Assembly (NCBI GenBank): GCA_950097015.1
Contig: CATNEN010000009.1
Coordinates: 310,001 to 374,000, forward strand
Direction of reading: 5' to 3'
From: Macrostomum hystrix
Lineage: Eukaryota > Animalia > Platyhelminthes
Length of the DNA stretch: 64,000 nucleotides
A program made the position numbers and the translations under genes. The notes under the pieces are model-generated. The model made no database searches and was not told the origin of the DNA. It saw nothing but the letters and a program-made list of their open reading frames with translations. Positions 52,566 to 64,000 of this stretch are shown in pieces. Each line of letters starts with the position of its first letter. Positions within the stretch are counted from its first letter, which is position 1.

Positions 52566-53064
52566 TTCGCTGGGAGTTCAGTTGGCTCATTTATTATTGT
52601 ATTTGATCCAGATGTTAGTGAGCTGTGAGATCTCCCAGCTCCGAATTGAATTCTTACCGCGAACTTTCTGCGCCTGAGGAGTTGTGAGAGAGCCGTGCAA
52701 CATTCTGATTCTAACTGACTGCCAACTTCGCTGCTATCAGGCAGTGTGCATTTGTCCAGTTTCTGCTCCGGTCACTTGCTTAACACTGAAGCAATATTCC
52801 TAACTTGTGTGGGACATTGCAGCTGCTGTGTGACCTGATGAGCCTCTTGCATTGCATATTTCCAACTTCCCAATCTTTCACTCACAGTTTTACATTCGCA
52901 GTAATTAATGCGGTATGATACCAATTCAAATACATGCTTGACCATTGCGTATAACCTCATTTCCTACTACGGCTATGGCGTGTTTGCCAGCAATATTCCA
53001 TTCGACACTTATTGCTCAGGGAAACTCAGAAAATGTTTTAGAAATGAAATTTCAGAAGCAGGAC

Positions 53065-54488
53065 AGGACTTCAGGAACTTTGATTTGAGAAACTGGACTT
53101 CAGGAACTGGGATTTGAGAAACTGGACTTCAGGAACTGGGATTTGAGAAACTGGACTTCAGGAACTGGGATTTGAGAAACTGGACTTCAGGAACTGGGAT
53201 TTGAGAAACAGGACTGGAATTCAGGAACTGGGATTTGAGAGACTGGACTTCAGAAACTGGGATTTGAGAGACAGGACTTCTGGAACTGGGATTTGAGAGA
53301 CTGGACTTCAGGAACTGAGATTTAAGAAACAGGACATGAATTCAGGAACTGGGATTTGAGAGACAGGACTTCTGGAACTGGGATTTGAGGAACAGGACAG
53401 GACTTCTGGAACTGGGATTTAAGAAACAGGACATGAATTCAGGAACTGGGATTTTAGAAACAGGACATGAATTCAGGAACTGGGATTTTAGAAACAGGAC
53501 ATGAATTCAGGAACTGGGATTTTAGAAACAGGACATGAATTCAGGAACTGGGATTTTAGAAACAGGACATGAATTCAGGAACTGGGATTTAAGAAACAGG
53601 ACATGAATTCAGGAACTGGGATTTTAGAAACAGGACATGAATTCAGGAACTGGGATTTGAGAAACAGGACAGGACTTCTGGAACTGGGATTTGAGAAACA
53701 GGACATGAATTCAGGAACTGGGATTTGAGAAACAGGACATGAATTCAGGAACTGGGATTTTAGAAACAGGACATGAATTCAGGAACTGGGATTTGAGAGA
53801 CAGGACTTCAGGAACTGGGATTTAAGAAACAGGACATGAATTCAGCAACTGGGATTTGAGAGACAGGACTTCTGGAACTGGGATTTGAGAGACAGGACAT
53901 GAATTCAGGAACTGGGATTTGAGAAACAGGACTTCAGAAACTGGGATTTAAGAAACAGGACATGAATTCAGGAACTGGGATTTGAGAGACAGGACTTCTG
54001 GAACTGGGATTTAAGAAACAGGACATGAATTCAGGACATGGGATTTGAGAAACAGGACATGAATTCAGGAACTGGGATTTGAGAGACAGGACTTCTGGAA
54101 CTGGGATTTAAGAAACAGGACATGAATTCAGGAACTGGGATTTGAGAGACAGGACTTCTGGAACTGGGATTTAAGAAACAGGACATGAATTCAGGTACTG
54201 GGATTTTAGAAACAGGACATGAATTCAGGAACTGGGATTTGAGAAACAGGACATGAATTCAGGAACTGGGATTTGAGAGACAGGACTTCTGGAACTGGGA
54301 TTTAAGAAACAGGACATGAATTCAGGAACTGGGATTTGAGAGACAGGACTTCTGGAACTGGGATTTGAGAAACAGGACATGAATTCAGGAACTGGGATTT
54401 GAGAGACAGGACTTCAGGAACTGGGATTTAAGAAACAGGACATGAATTCAGCAACTGGGATTTGAGAGACAGGACATGAATTCAGGTA
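53065..54488. repeat. Composite 29/34-bp minisatellite between GID8 and the SYNCRIP-like gene
   Basis: Units (A/T)GGACTTCAGGAACTGGGATTTGAGAAAC and AGGACATGAATTCAGGAACTGGGATTTTAGAAAC interspersed. Confidence 0.93.
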
Positions 54489-54548
54489 CTTAAGGCTTTG
54501 ATGAGAAAAGTAAAATTTCTCCATGTTGCGTCTTCTGCACACTTTCAG

Positions 54549-57500
54549 TCGAGCTGCCCAGAGAACTCAGCCAGTGCGGGCAGTGATGGCCCGGATACCA
54601 CCGACTATGCCTCTCGCCTGACCGACCAGGGGGTCGAGGCGCTGGCGGCCTGCCGGCTTGCCGAGCTGCTTCGAGCCGGCCGCCTTGCCTGGTCGGAGCT
54701 GAACAGTGAGACCTTCGCTGTGGTTAGCGGTTCTGGCTTTCCCGAAACGGCGTTGATCAACGCTCTGAAAGAGTTTGAAGAGGCTGCCGACGGCCTGCCG
54801 CCTGGCTTGGCGCGGACTGTCGCGCTGAACTGCGCACTAAACGCCTGGCGGGAGTCAGCAGTAGGGCCCGTAAGTTAATCTCATTCGTAAGATACGATAC
54901 TGCTGAAAAATCTGTTTAGTTGGTCTGGTCAAGTGCGTACTGCAAGTAGTATTGCCTGCTTACTCGAGAGCCTTCATGCCGCACTTGCCACAGTAGACTG
55001 GTCAAGTGCGTACTGCAAGTAGTATTCCTGCTTACTCGAGAGCATTCATGCCGCACTTGCCACAGTAGACTGGTCAAGTGCGTACTGCAAGTAGTATTGC
55101 CTGCTTACTCGAGAGCCTTCATGCCGCACTTGCCACAGTAGACTGGTCAAGTGCGTACTGCAAGTAGTATTGCCTGCTTACTCGAGTGCCTTCATGCCGC
55201 ACTTGCCACAGTAGACTGGTCAAGTGCGTACTGCAAGTAGTATTGCCTGCTTACTCGAGAGCCTTCATGCCGCACTTGCCACAGTAGACTGGTCAAGTGC
55301 GTACTGCAAGTAGTATTGCCTGCTTACTCGAGAGCCTTCATGCCGCACTTGCCACAGTAGACTGGTCAAGTGCGTACTGCAAGTAGTATTTCCTGCTTAC
55401 TCGAGAGCATTCATGCCGCACTTGCCACAGTAGACTGGTCAAGTGCGTACTGCAAGTAGTATTGCCTGCTTACTCGAGAGCATTCATGCCGCACTTGCCA
55501 CAGTAGACTGGTGAAGTGCGTACTGCAAGTAGTATTTCCTGCTTACTCGAGAGCATTCATGCCGCACTTGCCACAGTAGACTGGTCAAGTGCGTACTGCA
55601 AGTAGTATTGCCTGCTTACTCGAGAGCCTTCATGCCGCACTTGCCACAGTAGACTGGTCAAGTGCGTACTGCAAGTAGTATTTCCTGCTTACTCGAGAGC
55701 CTTCATGCCGCACTTGCCACAGTAGACTGGTCAAGTGCGTACTGCAAGTAGTATTGCCTGCTTACTCGAGAGCCTTCATGCCGCACTTGCCACAGTAGAC
55801 TGGTCAAGTGCGTACTGCAAGTAGTATTGCCTGCTTACTCGAGAGCCTTCATGCCGCACTTGCCACAGTAGACTGGTCAAGTGCGTACTGCAAGTAGTAT
55901 TTCCTGCTTACTCGAGAGCATTCATGCCGCACTTGCCACAGTAGACTGGTCAAGTGCGTACTGCAAGTAGTATTGCCTGCTTACTCGAGAGCCTTCATGC
56001 CGCACTTGCCATAGGGCCAGGCGGCGCCAAGGGGTCCTAGCGAGGCTTCCCTGAAGCGCCTGTTGCAGCGAACCGGCTTCAGCCACGAGGTCACCGCGGG
56101 GCAGCGCCGCTACGGGCCACCACCGGGCCGCCAGCGCGAGCCGCCGCCCCCGCCCAGCTGTGAGGTGTTTCTCGGCCGCCTGCCGCCCGATGCCTTCGAG
56201 GACTCTCTGGTGCCGCTTCTAGAGGAGGCCGGCCCGCTGTTCGACCTGCGCCTCCCCATCGAACCTGCAACTGGCTTCAACAGAGGCTTCGCCTTCGCCC
56301 TCTTCACCTGCCCAGGCGATGCTGCCCGTGCCGCCGAGCTGCTTAACGGCCGCTTCATCGACGATCGGCGCCGCGACTCGCAGCCGCTGCAGGTGCAACC
56401 TGTGGCGCCAACCGGCCGCCTGCTCGTTAGCGACCTGCCGAAGCTGATGACAGTCGGAGAGATCAGGTGTGGCTATCTGCCTGCCTGCCTGCCTGGCTGT
56501 CTGTCATCTGACTGTCTGTCTGTTATTTGTTGGTACCAAGTTGATTGCAAAACTGATTGATTGCAATTTCAGGTCGAAATTCGAGGCCGCCGGACTTGTT
56601 GGCCTCACTGCAGTTGTCTGCTACGGCGCGCCCGCTGCGATCTCATCGGTGCCATCAGGAACGTCAGCAAATCCTGGATCTTCGCAGTCAGCTGCGAGCA
56701 ACCGTGGCTTCTGCTTCCTAGAATTCGCTAGCCACGCGGACGCTGCTGCCGCTAAAAAGCGCCTGCTCAAGGACCGCGGCAGCTCCGTATTTTCTGACGG
56801 GACCAGCATCTGCGTGGACTGGGCCGACCCAGTTGAAGAGGTTTGTGTGGCGTCATGCTTTTGTTTATTTCTTTCTAGCTAAAGTTGCGAGTTCGAGTCC
56901 TGTTAAATGCATACTAAAGCCTGCATGAAAACTAAGCTTTCTTTAGGTATAAAGTGAAGCTGTTATCATCACCAATCGTTTTTAATTCTTATTTCTGCTA
57001 GGAGGATCGGGAGATGCTTAGCCAGCTGAGAATGGTGCTCATCCGCGGTCTCGCTCCAGCTTTCACCGAGGCTGACCTGCGACGGCGGCTCGCCCCTTTC
57101 GGTCCGATAGACAGCGTGACGCGAACCCGCGACCTTGGTATGGCCTGCTTTCGCCGACGAGAGGACGCACTTCGTGCCGTGGCGGAACTGGATGGCGTCG
57201 AAAATCTCGAAGTCAGCCTCGCCAGGAGGCAAGCCATGCCGCAGCAGCACCAGCCTTCTGGCCTCCTTCCACAGCCACCATGTCAGCGGCCGCCGCCGCT
57301 TGTGCCGCCACCTCAGCAGCAGTTTCGGCAGCCATCGCCTCTAATGCCGCCCACTCAGCAACAGCGTCAGAAGCCTCCGCCCCTTGTTCAGCCACCTCAG
57401 CAACAGCGTCAACAGCCTCCGCCGCTTTTACAGCCGCCTCAGCAGCGGCGTCAGCAGCCTCCACCGCTAGTTCAGCCACATCACCAACAGCGTCAGCTGC

Positions 57501-57718
57501 CTCTGTCCCTAGCACCTCCATATCAGCTGCAGCGTCAGCAGCCACTGTCTCTTCTACATCCTTTTGATTATCGTGAACAGCAGCAGCTAATGCAATGGCA
57601 GCCGTCTCAGCTAGGCATCCTGCAGCTGATGCCAGGCGGTTTCCAGTTAAAGCGGCCAAACGGCGGCGGAGGTGACGGCGGTGCATTTAGCGGCAATAAG
57701 CGGCCCAGAAACTTATAA
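54549..57718 (+). CDS. SYNCRIP: Divergent hnRNP Q/R (SYNCRIP-like) RNA-binding protein. Exons 54549-54869, 56015-56466, 56573-56840, 57002-57718; start codon unresolved
   Basis: N-terminal acidic/NURR-like region. GPSEASLKRLLQRTGFSHEVTAGQRRYGPPP matches the hnRNP Q/R linker. RRM1 EVFLGRLP...FEDSLVPL...NRGFAF; RRM2 NRGFCFLEFASH...VDWADP; RRM3. P/Q-rich tail. Splice phases 0, 2 and 0 are consistent. Confidence 0.85.
54925..56014. repeat. 73-bp minisatellite x~15 filling an intron of the SYNCRIP-like gene and ending at its 3' splice site
   Basis: Unit CTGGTCAAGT...CCGCACTTGCCACAGTAGA; last copy ends CTTGCCATAG at the acceptor (56014). Confidence 0.95.
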
Positions 57719-58880
57719 TTTATCAGTTGCCTGGTGCATTTGCTGTGTTAATTAAGTTACCCTTGATTGACCTGTTCATTTGTACGAGTGTTAAATAGTT
57801 ATCTGTAAGTATACTGACACTTTATCACCTGACGAAGTGTATTTTTAGGAGAAATGAGTTTCATTTAATTAAAATTTATTATCAATAATTTTTTATATTA
57901 TTAATTTTATAAGCTTATGAAGTCCATTTTATAACTGACTCCATATTTACTGTTAAAGAAACAACTAGTGCAATAACAATAAGGAATCGCATGACAGGTC
58001 ACATTTCATAAATATCTGTGGCGCTGAGACAACGATGCAGCATACATGTGCGTACATTCACACAACAAGTTCTGTGCTGTAAGGAATTAAACATATAGTC
58101 AAACGTGCATCTGTAAATCAGCTATACGGTTACAATCTACTAGAGATGACGCTAGAGAAACCGCGTGGGTCATGGAGTATTTGGGGAAATGCAATGAGTT
58201 ACTAAAAAAACATTTAGCGAGACATTTGCAAACTACACTACTCGATGCAGCACAATAGGGACATGAGGCGAATACAATAGATAACAATAGCTCGTGGGGC
58301 AGAGAATCGAAAATAAATCACAATTAATTACAAGAAGCGACAGAAAAGCGGTAAAACGGGCAGGCAATGTCAATTGATCACAGTGAACAGTTAAAAACAA
58401 AAGCCACAGTTACAAAGATAAAAAGCAAACAGCTGCAGACTAGAATACAAGTAGACAGAAGCTTGCAACTGTACAAGTCAATCGAACGGATCCACTAAAA
58501 ATATTTTACAGGGCAAAGTTGGGCTCTCCGACAAGGAGGAATGGCTCGAGAAACAGTTACAAGCGGACGAATACAAAAAACTTGAAGTCGGGATAAAAAT
58601 ATTTCTACTGAAAAATAATTTTGAGGTTCGATTCACCTTAGCAGCTGCGCATCGCAAATCTGCAGTTTCTCACTGAGATCACATGGTGCATGGAAAGTGA
58701 CATGAAAATAGCATAATAAGCCTTATAAGGCTTCAATGTAAACAATCAGATAAAGTACTGTTTAATCTTTGCGCTGATATGGACTCATTAGTTTTAGAGA
58801 ATAAGAACAGAGTCTAATGTAAATTCTGCACTGAGAGCTGACGGCATCAGCCAGGTGAGCTCGGCGCCTCCAAGGTCATT

Positions 58881-61800
58881 TCAGGCCCGCAGGTGCACAT
58901 AGGCATTGGGCACCGACTGCTGGTGCAGCATTGGGATCTGCTCCTCCATCTGCTTCTGCAGCGAGGCATTCGCTGCGGCGGTGGCACCTGCTGCCTGCGG
59001 CTGGATGGTACTGGCCGAGGAGAATGCCGAGCTGGAGTCGCCGGACCGGTCTGGCAGGCTGACGGTGACAGCGGAGTCTCCGGGCTGGCCATTGTGATAC
59101 CAGCTGGCGCTGCGGAAGTCGGCCCGCAGTTCTGGGTGCTGGTCGATATAGGCGAGCAGGCCCAGGAAGGAAGCCCTCTGCTTGGGCTTCTGGGCCCAGC
59201 AGCGAGCCATGAGGTCGGCCAGGAAATCCGGGCAGTCGTCTGGCGGCTCCAGGGTCTTGCCGGACTTCACCATGTTCAGCACCTCCTCGTTGCTGCGTCC
59301 ATTGAAGGGCTGGGAGGCGAGACTGGCGATCTCCCACAGCACCACGCCGTAGGACCAAACATCGCTGGCGGTGGTGAACACACCGTCCCTGAGGGACTCA
59401 GGAGCCATCCAGCGGACTGGAAGCGGCGCCTGGCCCTCCTTCTTGTAGTAGTCCGAGTAGTACACGTCGCGGGTCATACCGAAGTCTAGGTATGGGTCGG
59501 GGAGTGGAGTGTGAAGTCTATGAGTCTATAAAAATAGAATCAGCAGTTATTTCAATCATTTCCCCCTTTCAAGCTCCGCTATCAAAATAACCGTTGGCTG
59601 TCAGTGATGCATAAGATACCAGTCCCGAAACACTGAGACACTAACCGCCAATCTTGACCGTGTAGTTGGCTGTGACCATACAGTTCCTGGCGGCCAGGTC
59701 TCGGTGAATGTACTTCTTGGTCTCCAGGTAGTACATGCCGTCAGCAATCTGGGCACACCAGAGCACCAGCCGATCGCGGCAGTAGACGGACCTGGCCGGG
59801 CTGTCGCAGTCGGGCCGCATTTGTCGCAGGCAGTTCTTCAAGTCTCCGTTGTCCATCAGCTCCATGAGCACCAGGATGGGAACGTTCTCGGACACTACAC
59901 CGATGAGGCGGACGACGTGGGCGCACTGTCGGAACTTCTTCATGTGGGTGGCCTCCTGCGAGAATAAGAGCATTGATACTCAACTGATACTACTCACTTA
60001 CAGCCTTGTTAGTAGTTTAAAAGGAAATGTCTGGACACAATGCAGAACCTGCAGAAACTCGTGCCGCTCTCGCATAGTGGCCTTATCGTTGACGCTCTTC
60101 ACAGCCACAGGGACGTCCTCAGACTGGCCAATGTAGCGGGCGGCCGGGGTGTTCAGCGAGCGCACCAGGCCGCGGTAGACTCGGCCAAAGGAGCCGGTGC
60201 CCAGGCGGTCCGTCAGATTGTAGCTCACCTGGTCGCGGGGCACCTCCCACTCATCGGGCTCGTATGTGTAGCTCCAGTAGTCCGGGTTCTCATTCACCAC
60301 AGTCTTCTCCCTGCTGCGCCGCCTGTAGGTCAGCCAGCCAATCACGGCCACCAGGGCGCCTAGCAACAGCATGGCAATCAGCAGCACTCCGGCCAGGGTG
60401 TCAGCAGTCAGGCCGGCCAGGCGTGCGGGCCGCCGGATGGTCATGGCCACCGAGGGACTCCAGTCACCTGGCTGAAACAGCGACACGGCCCGCACCCGGA
60501 CCAGGTAGTCACCTTCGGGCACAGACTTCAGCAGGGTGCCACCCATCAGCTGCCGCCGTTGCAGCTGGCTCTCGGTTATAGACAGCGACGAATCGCTGCG
60601 ATTAGCTGCGGCCGTGAAGGACTCACGCTGCTGCTGTTGTGGCTCCTGAAGAAGTTACCCAGGAATGGTAGACCGTGCTATATTACTATCCAAGTGTCTA
60701 CATTGCCATCCAAGTGTCCACCCTGCCATATTTAAGTGTCTATGTCTACCCTGCCATCCAAGTGTCTACCCTGCCATCCAAATGTCTATTTAAATAAGCT
60801 GCATTGAAATAAGCTGAGGCTAGCACAGTCGGCTCACATCAGCGGAGAGCTGGTGTCGCTGTCCCCTGTTCAGCCACTCCTGGAAGGACACGCAGTGGTA
60901 CTGCCAGCTGCGGTGGCTCTCAGTCTTGTACTCCACTTCGTAGTAGATGACAGCTCCGTTGGGCGACGCCGGCTGGCGCCAAAGAAGCTGGAAGTCGGCG
61001 GAGTAGGCAGACGGCGCAGCTGGCCCCACCGTCAGCGACTTGGCGGGGATTCTGTCGGCGTCAGCTTCCGCCCGTGTGCGGCGCATGATACGAGCAGGGT
61101 TTGAGCACAGGTGCAGCGTGGTTCGGTACTGCGGGTGCCGGAACTCGTCCAGACAGGCCACAAGCTGGAATTCAGAGGCCGGCATCGTTCGAGTGCAGTC
61201 ACTCAGTTCCTGACACAGCACTCAGTTCCCATTCTGACACAGCACATAGTTCCCATTCTGACACAGCACTCAGTTGCCAGTCTGACACAGTACTCAGTTC
61301 CTGACGCAGCACTCAGTTCCTGACACAGCACTCAGTTCCCATTCTGACACAGCACATAGTTCCCATTCTGACACAGCACTCAGTTGCCAGTCTGACACAG
61401 TACTCAGTTCCTGACGCAGCACTCAGTTCCTGACACAGCACTCAGTTGCCAGTCTGACACAGCACTCAGTTCCTGACGCAGCACTCAGTTGCCAGTCTGA
61501 CACAGCACTCAGTTCCTGACGCAGCACTCAGTTGCCAGTCTGACGCAGCACTCAGTTCCTGACGCAGCACTCAGTTGCCAGTCTGACACAGCACTCAGTT
61601 CCTGACGCAGCACTCAGTTGCCAGTCTGACACAGCACTCAGTTCCTGACGCAGCACTCAGTTGCCAGTCTGACGCAGCACTCAGTTCCTGACGCAGCACT
61701 CAGTTGCCAGTCTGACACAGCACTCAGTTCCTGACACAGCACTCAGTTGCCAGTCTGACACAGCACTCAGTTGCCAGTCTGACACAGCACTCAGTTGCCA

Positions 61801-62403
61801 GTCTGACACAGCACTCAGTTGCCAGTCTGACACAGCACTCAGTTGCCAGTCTGACACAGCACTCAGTTGCCAGTCTGACACAGCACTCAGTTGCCAGTCT
61901 GACACAGCACTCAGTTGCCAGTCTGACACAGCACTTAGTTTTCTAATGAGCATAGAACGCACCATGAGCTCATAGGAGGTGAAGCGCTTGAGGTTTGTGA
62001 CAGTGTAGTGAGTTCCGCGCACAATGGTGTAGCCCTCAGCCAGACCGCGGGTGTCCTGCGGTACAACGGCATCGACAATGTCCTGATGGCACTTCACCTC
62101 TGGACAGTCGCTGGGCTTGGCTTCCGGAGGACTTGTGCTAGCTGTCGCATGATCCTTGGCCTTCGCCGACGAAGTCGCCTTCGCCTGAGCGGCTTTGCTG
62201 TTATCAGTCGATGGGCCGAGGCCCAGAGGATCCATGGTAGTGGAGGTCTGCGCCATTCCTGAATCCAGCGGCACCGTAAATGAGCCGAGTAGAGACGAGG
62301 CGTTGCGACGGCCGAGGCGGCTGGACCGGAAGCGGCGCGAGAAGTTGCCGTGCAGCATCCGCATGGAGTCCGACTCGGGTCTGCGGGGGACAACGCTGAG
62401 CGG
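58881..62403 (-). CDS. InR: Insulin-receptor-family receptor tyrosine kinase, 3' portion. Exons 62403-61963, 61164-60838, 60645-60049, 59955-59646, 59485-58881; possible exon 63112-63064; 5' exons lie beyond the window
   Basis: Basic cleavage-like stretch (RRFRSSRLGRR), FnIII segments, TM helix, juxtamembrane NPDY, GTGSFGRV, VAVK, HRDLAARN, DFGMTRDVYYSDYY, LPVRWMAPESL. GT-AG junctions are frame-consistent. Confidence 0.92.
60690..60790. repeat. Degenerate ~20-bp tandem repeat in an InR intron
   Basis: CCCTGCCATCCAAGTGTCTA-like units. Confidence 0.7.
61200..61937. repeat. 24/19-bp composite minisatellite in an InR intron
   Basis: CAGCACTCAGTTGCCAGTCTGACA alternating with CAGCACTCAGTTCCTGACG. 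Confidence 0.94.
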
Positions 62404-62469
62404 CTAAGTATGCTGCGGGAATTGGAGAACTGTGGCACAAGAGTACGGATTACTGCACGAATGATGCTG

Positions 62470-62850
62470 ATTAGGGTGGAAGGACGCGGATTAGGGCGGA
62501 AGGACGCGGATTAGGGTGAATGGACGCGAATTAGGGTGAATGGACGCGGATTAGGGTGAATGGACGCGGATTAGGGTGAATGGACGCGGATTAGGGTGAA
62601 TGGACGCGGATTAGGGTGAATGGACGCGGATTAGGGTGAATGGACGCGGATTAGGGTGAATGGACGCGGATTAGGGTGAATGGACGCGGATTAGGGTGAA
62701 TGGACGCGGATTAGGGTGAATGGACGCGAATTAGGGTGAATGGACGCGGATTAGGGTGAATGGACGCGGATTAGGGTGAATGGGCGCGGATTAGGGCGGA
62801 AGGACGCGGATTAGGGTGAATGGACGCGGATTAGGGTGGAAGGACGCGGA
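62470..62850. repeat. 20-bp minisatellite containing TTAGGG, ~19 copies
   Basis: Unit GGATTAGGGTGAATGGACGC. Confidence 0.94.
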
Positions 62851-63464
62851 TAAAAGCGGGTTGGAGGCGGGTGGATAAGGATGTGATGGTAAATTAGTTA
62901 ATTAGTTAATTAGGTAAATTAGGACGGTAAGAAGGCGGATTAGAGTAAAAGGAGACGGCCACAGAGATTCAGCATAAAGGACCCACAGAAACAAGACCGA
63001 CTGGAACATATGAGGCCAATGCGGCAGATTTGCAAGCTAGGTGGCTGCCGATTCGGCACTCACAATGAGCCCGCACCGAGTCCTGAAGTCCTCACTGAAG
63101 TACATTCTCCCCCTACAGAGCTTTAAACAGGCAGGGAACTAAGGTGAGAATCGGAGCAGGTGTATCTGGCCTCACTTTGACTATCCTTCACACCCTGACC
63201 TGCCCACGCAAGGAAGAAAATTTAGACTAGAAAACTCGAGGCCTATTCGGCGAGCACAATTTCTTCCTCTTGACTCGCACAGCCTACAGTCTTTTATCCC
63301 TTTGATCTCAGAGATCTCAGAGAGCTAGGCTAGGTCGGGAACTGCAGCTAGGCTGGAAACTAATAGCTGACGGTGACACCTGCCAGTGCGAACAGCTCAC
63401 AACTGCTATTACCTCAGCTGCAGTGCAAATGACTAGAAAAGCAAGGAAAACTGCAGTTTATCCA

Positions 63465-64000
63465 CAACCCAGACCACAGCCCAGACCAGCCCAAAGCCCA
63501 CAGCCCAGACCAGCCCACAGCCCAGACCAGCCCAAAGCCCACAGCCCAGACCAGCCCAAAGCCCACAGCCCAGACCAGCCCAAAGCCCACAGCCCAGACC
63601 AGCCCAAAGCCCACAGCCCAGACCACAGCCCAGACCAGCCCAAAGCCCACATCCCAGACCAGCCCAAAGCCCACAGCCCAGACCAGCCCAAAGCCCACAG
63701 CCCAGACCACAGCCCAGACCAGCCCAAAGCCCACAGCCCAGACCACAGACCAGACCAGAGACCACAGCCCAGACCACAGCCCAGACCACAGCCCAGACCA
63801 GACCACAGCCCAGACCAGCCCAAAGCCCACAGCCCAGACCAGCCCAAAGCCCACAGCCCAGACCACAGACCAGACCAGAGACCACAGCCCAGACCACAGC
63901 CCAGACCACAGCCCAGACCAGAGACCACAGCCCAGACCACAGCACAGACCACAGCCCAGACCAGACCACAGCCCAGACCACAGCACAGACCACAGACCAG
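63465..64000. repeat. C/A-rich 12/24-bp minisatellite (CCCAGACCACAG / CCCAGACCAGCCCAAAGCCCACAG), running to the window end
   Basis: Read directly; source of the GLWS/AVGF pseudo-ORFs on the minus strand. Confidence 0.93.

Noticed and set aside
57213-57686. Ala-rich ORFs at 57213-57686 (-) and 57280-57567 (+)
   Set aside because: Alternative-frame shadows of the CAG/CCG-rich SYNCRIP-like tail.
57880-58320. Possible overlapping 3' UTRs of the convergent SYNCRIP-like and InR genes (AATAAA-like signals on both strands)
   Set aside because: Such hexamers are common in AT-rich DNA; not supportable without transcript data.
58893-60581. Plus-strand ORFs overlapping the kinase region
   Set aside because: Antisense shadows of GC-rich InR exons.

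Overview
Eukaryotic, intron-containing, repeat-rich animal DNA, most consistent with a free-living flatworm of the Macrostomum type. That assignment rests on GC-rich exons, short GT-AG introns, minisatellite-filled introns and a near-match to the Macrostomum spliced leader as recalled from memory. Roughly two-thirds of the window (hand estimate) is tandem repeat, and most ORF-track entries are translations of those repeats. Five spliced genes can be reconstructed: an orphan secreted protein (+, ~8.2-9.2 kb), a two-Ig-domain type I membrane protein (-, 13.6-15.6 kb), GID8/TWA1 (+, 50.4-52.6 kb), a divergent hnRNP Q/R (SYNCRIP-like) gene (+, 54.5-57.7 kb) and the 3' part of an insulin-receptor-family kinase (-, 58.9 kb to beyond the window). 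The dominant structure is a 31,287-bp stack (17121-48407) of six head-to-tail non-autonomous Helitrons. Each starts with TC, ends in a GC hairpin plus CTAG, carries a 23-bp and an 18-bp minisatellite array, and joins the next at an exact CTAG|TC junction; the stack sits in an A|T site without a target-site duplication. The copies form subfamilies in the order A-A-A-B-C-B', and the empty site (A|TCCA) mimics the element's own 5' end, suggesting repeated self-targeted stacking. Also notable: two intronic minisatellites that multiply a real splice site, a spliced-leader-like relic, and a gene that may need the leader's AUG to start translation.
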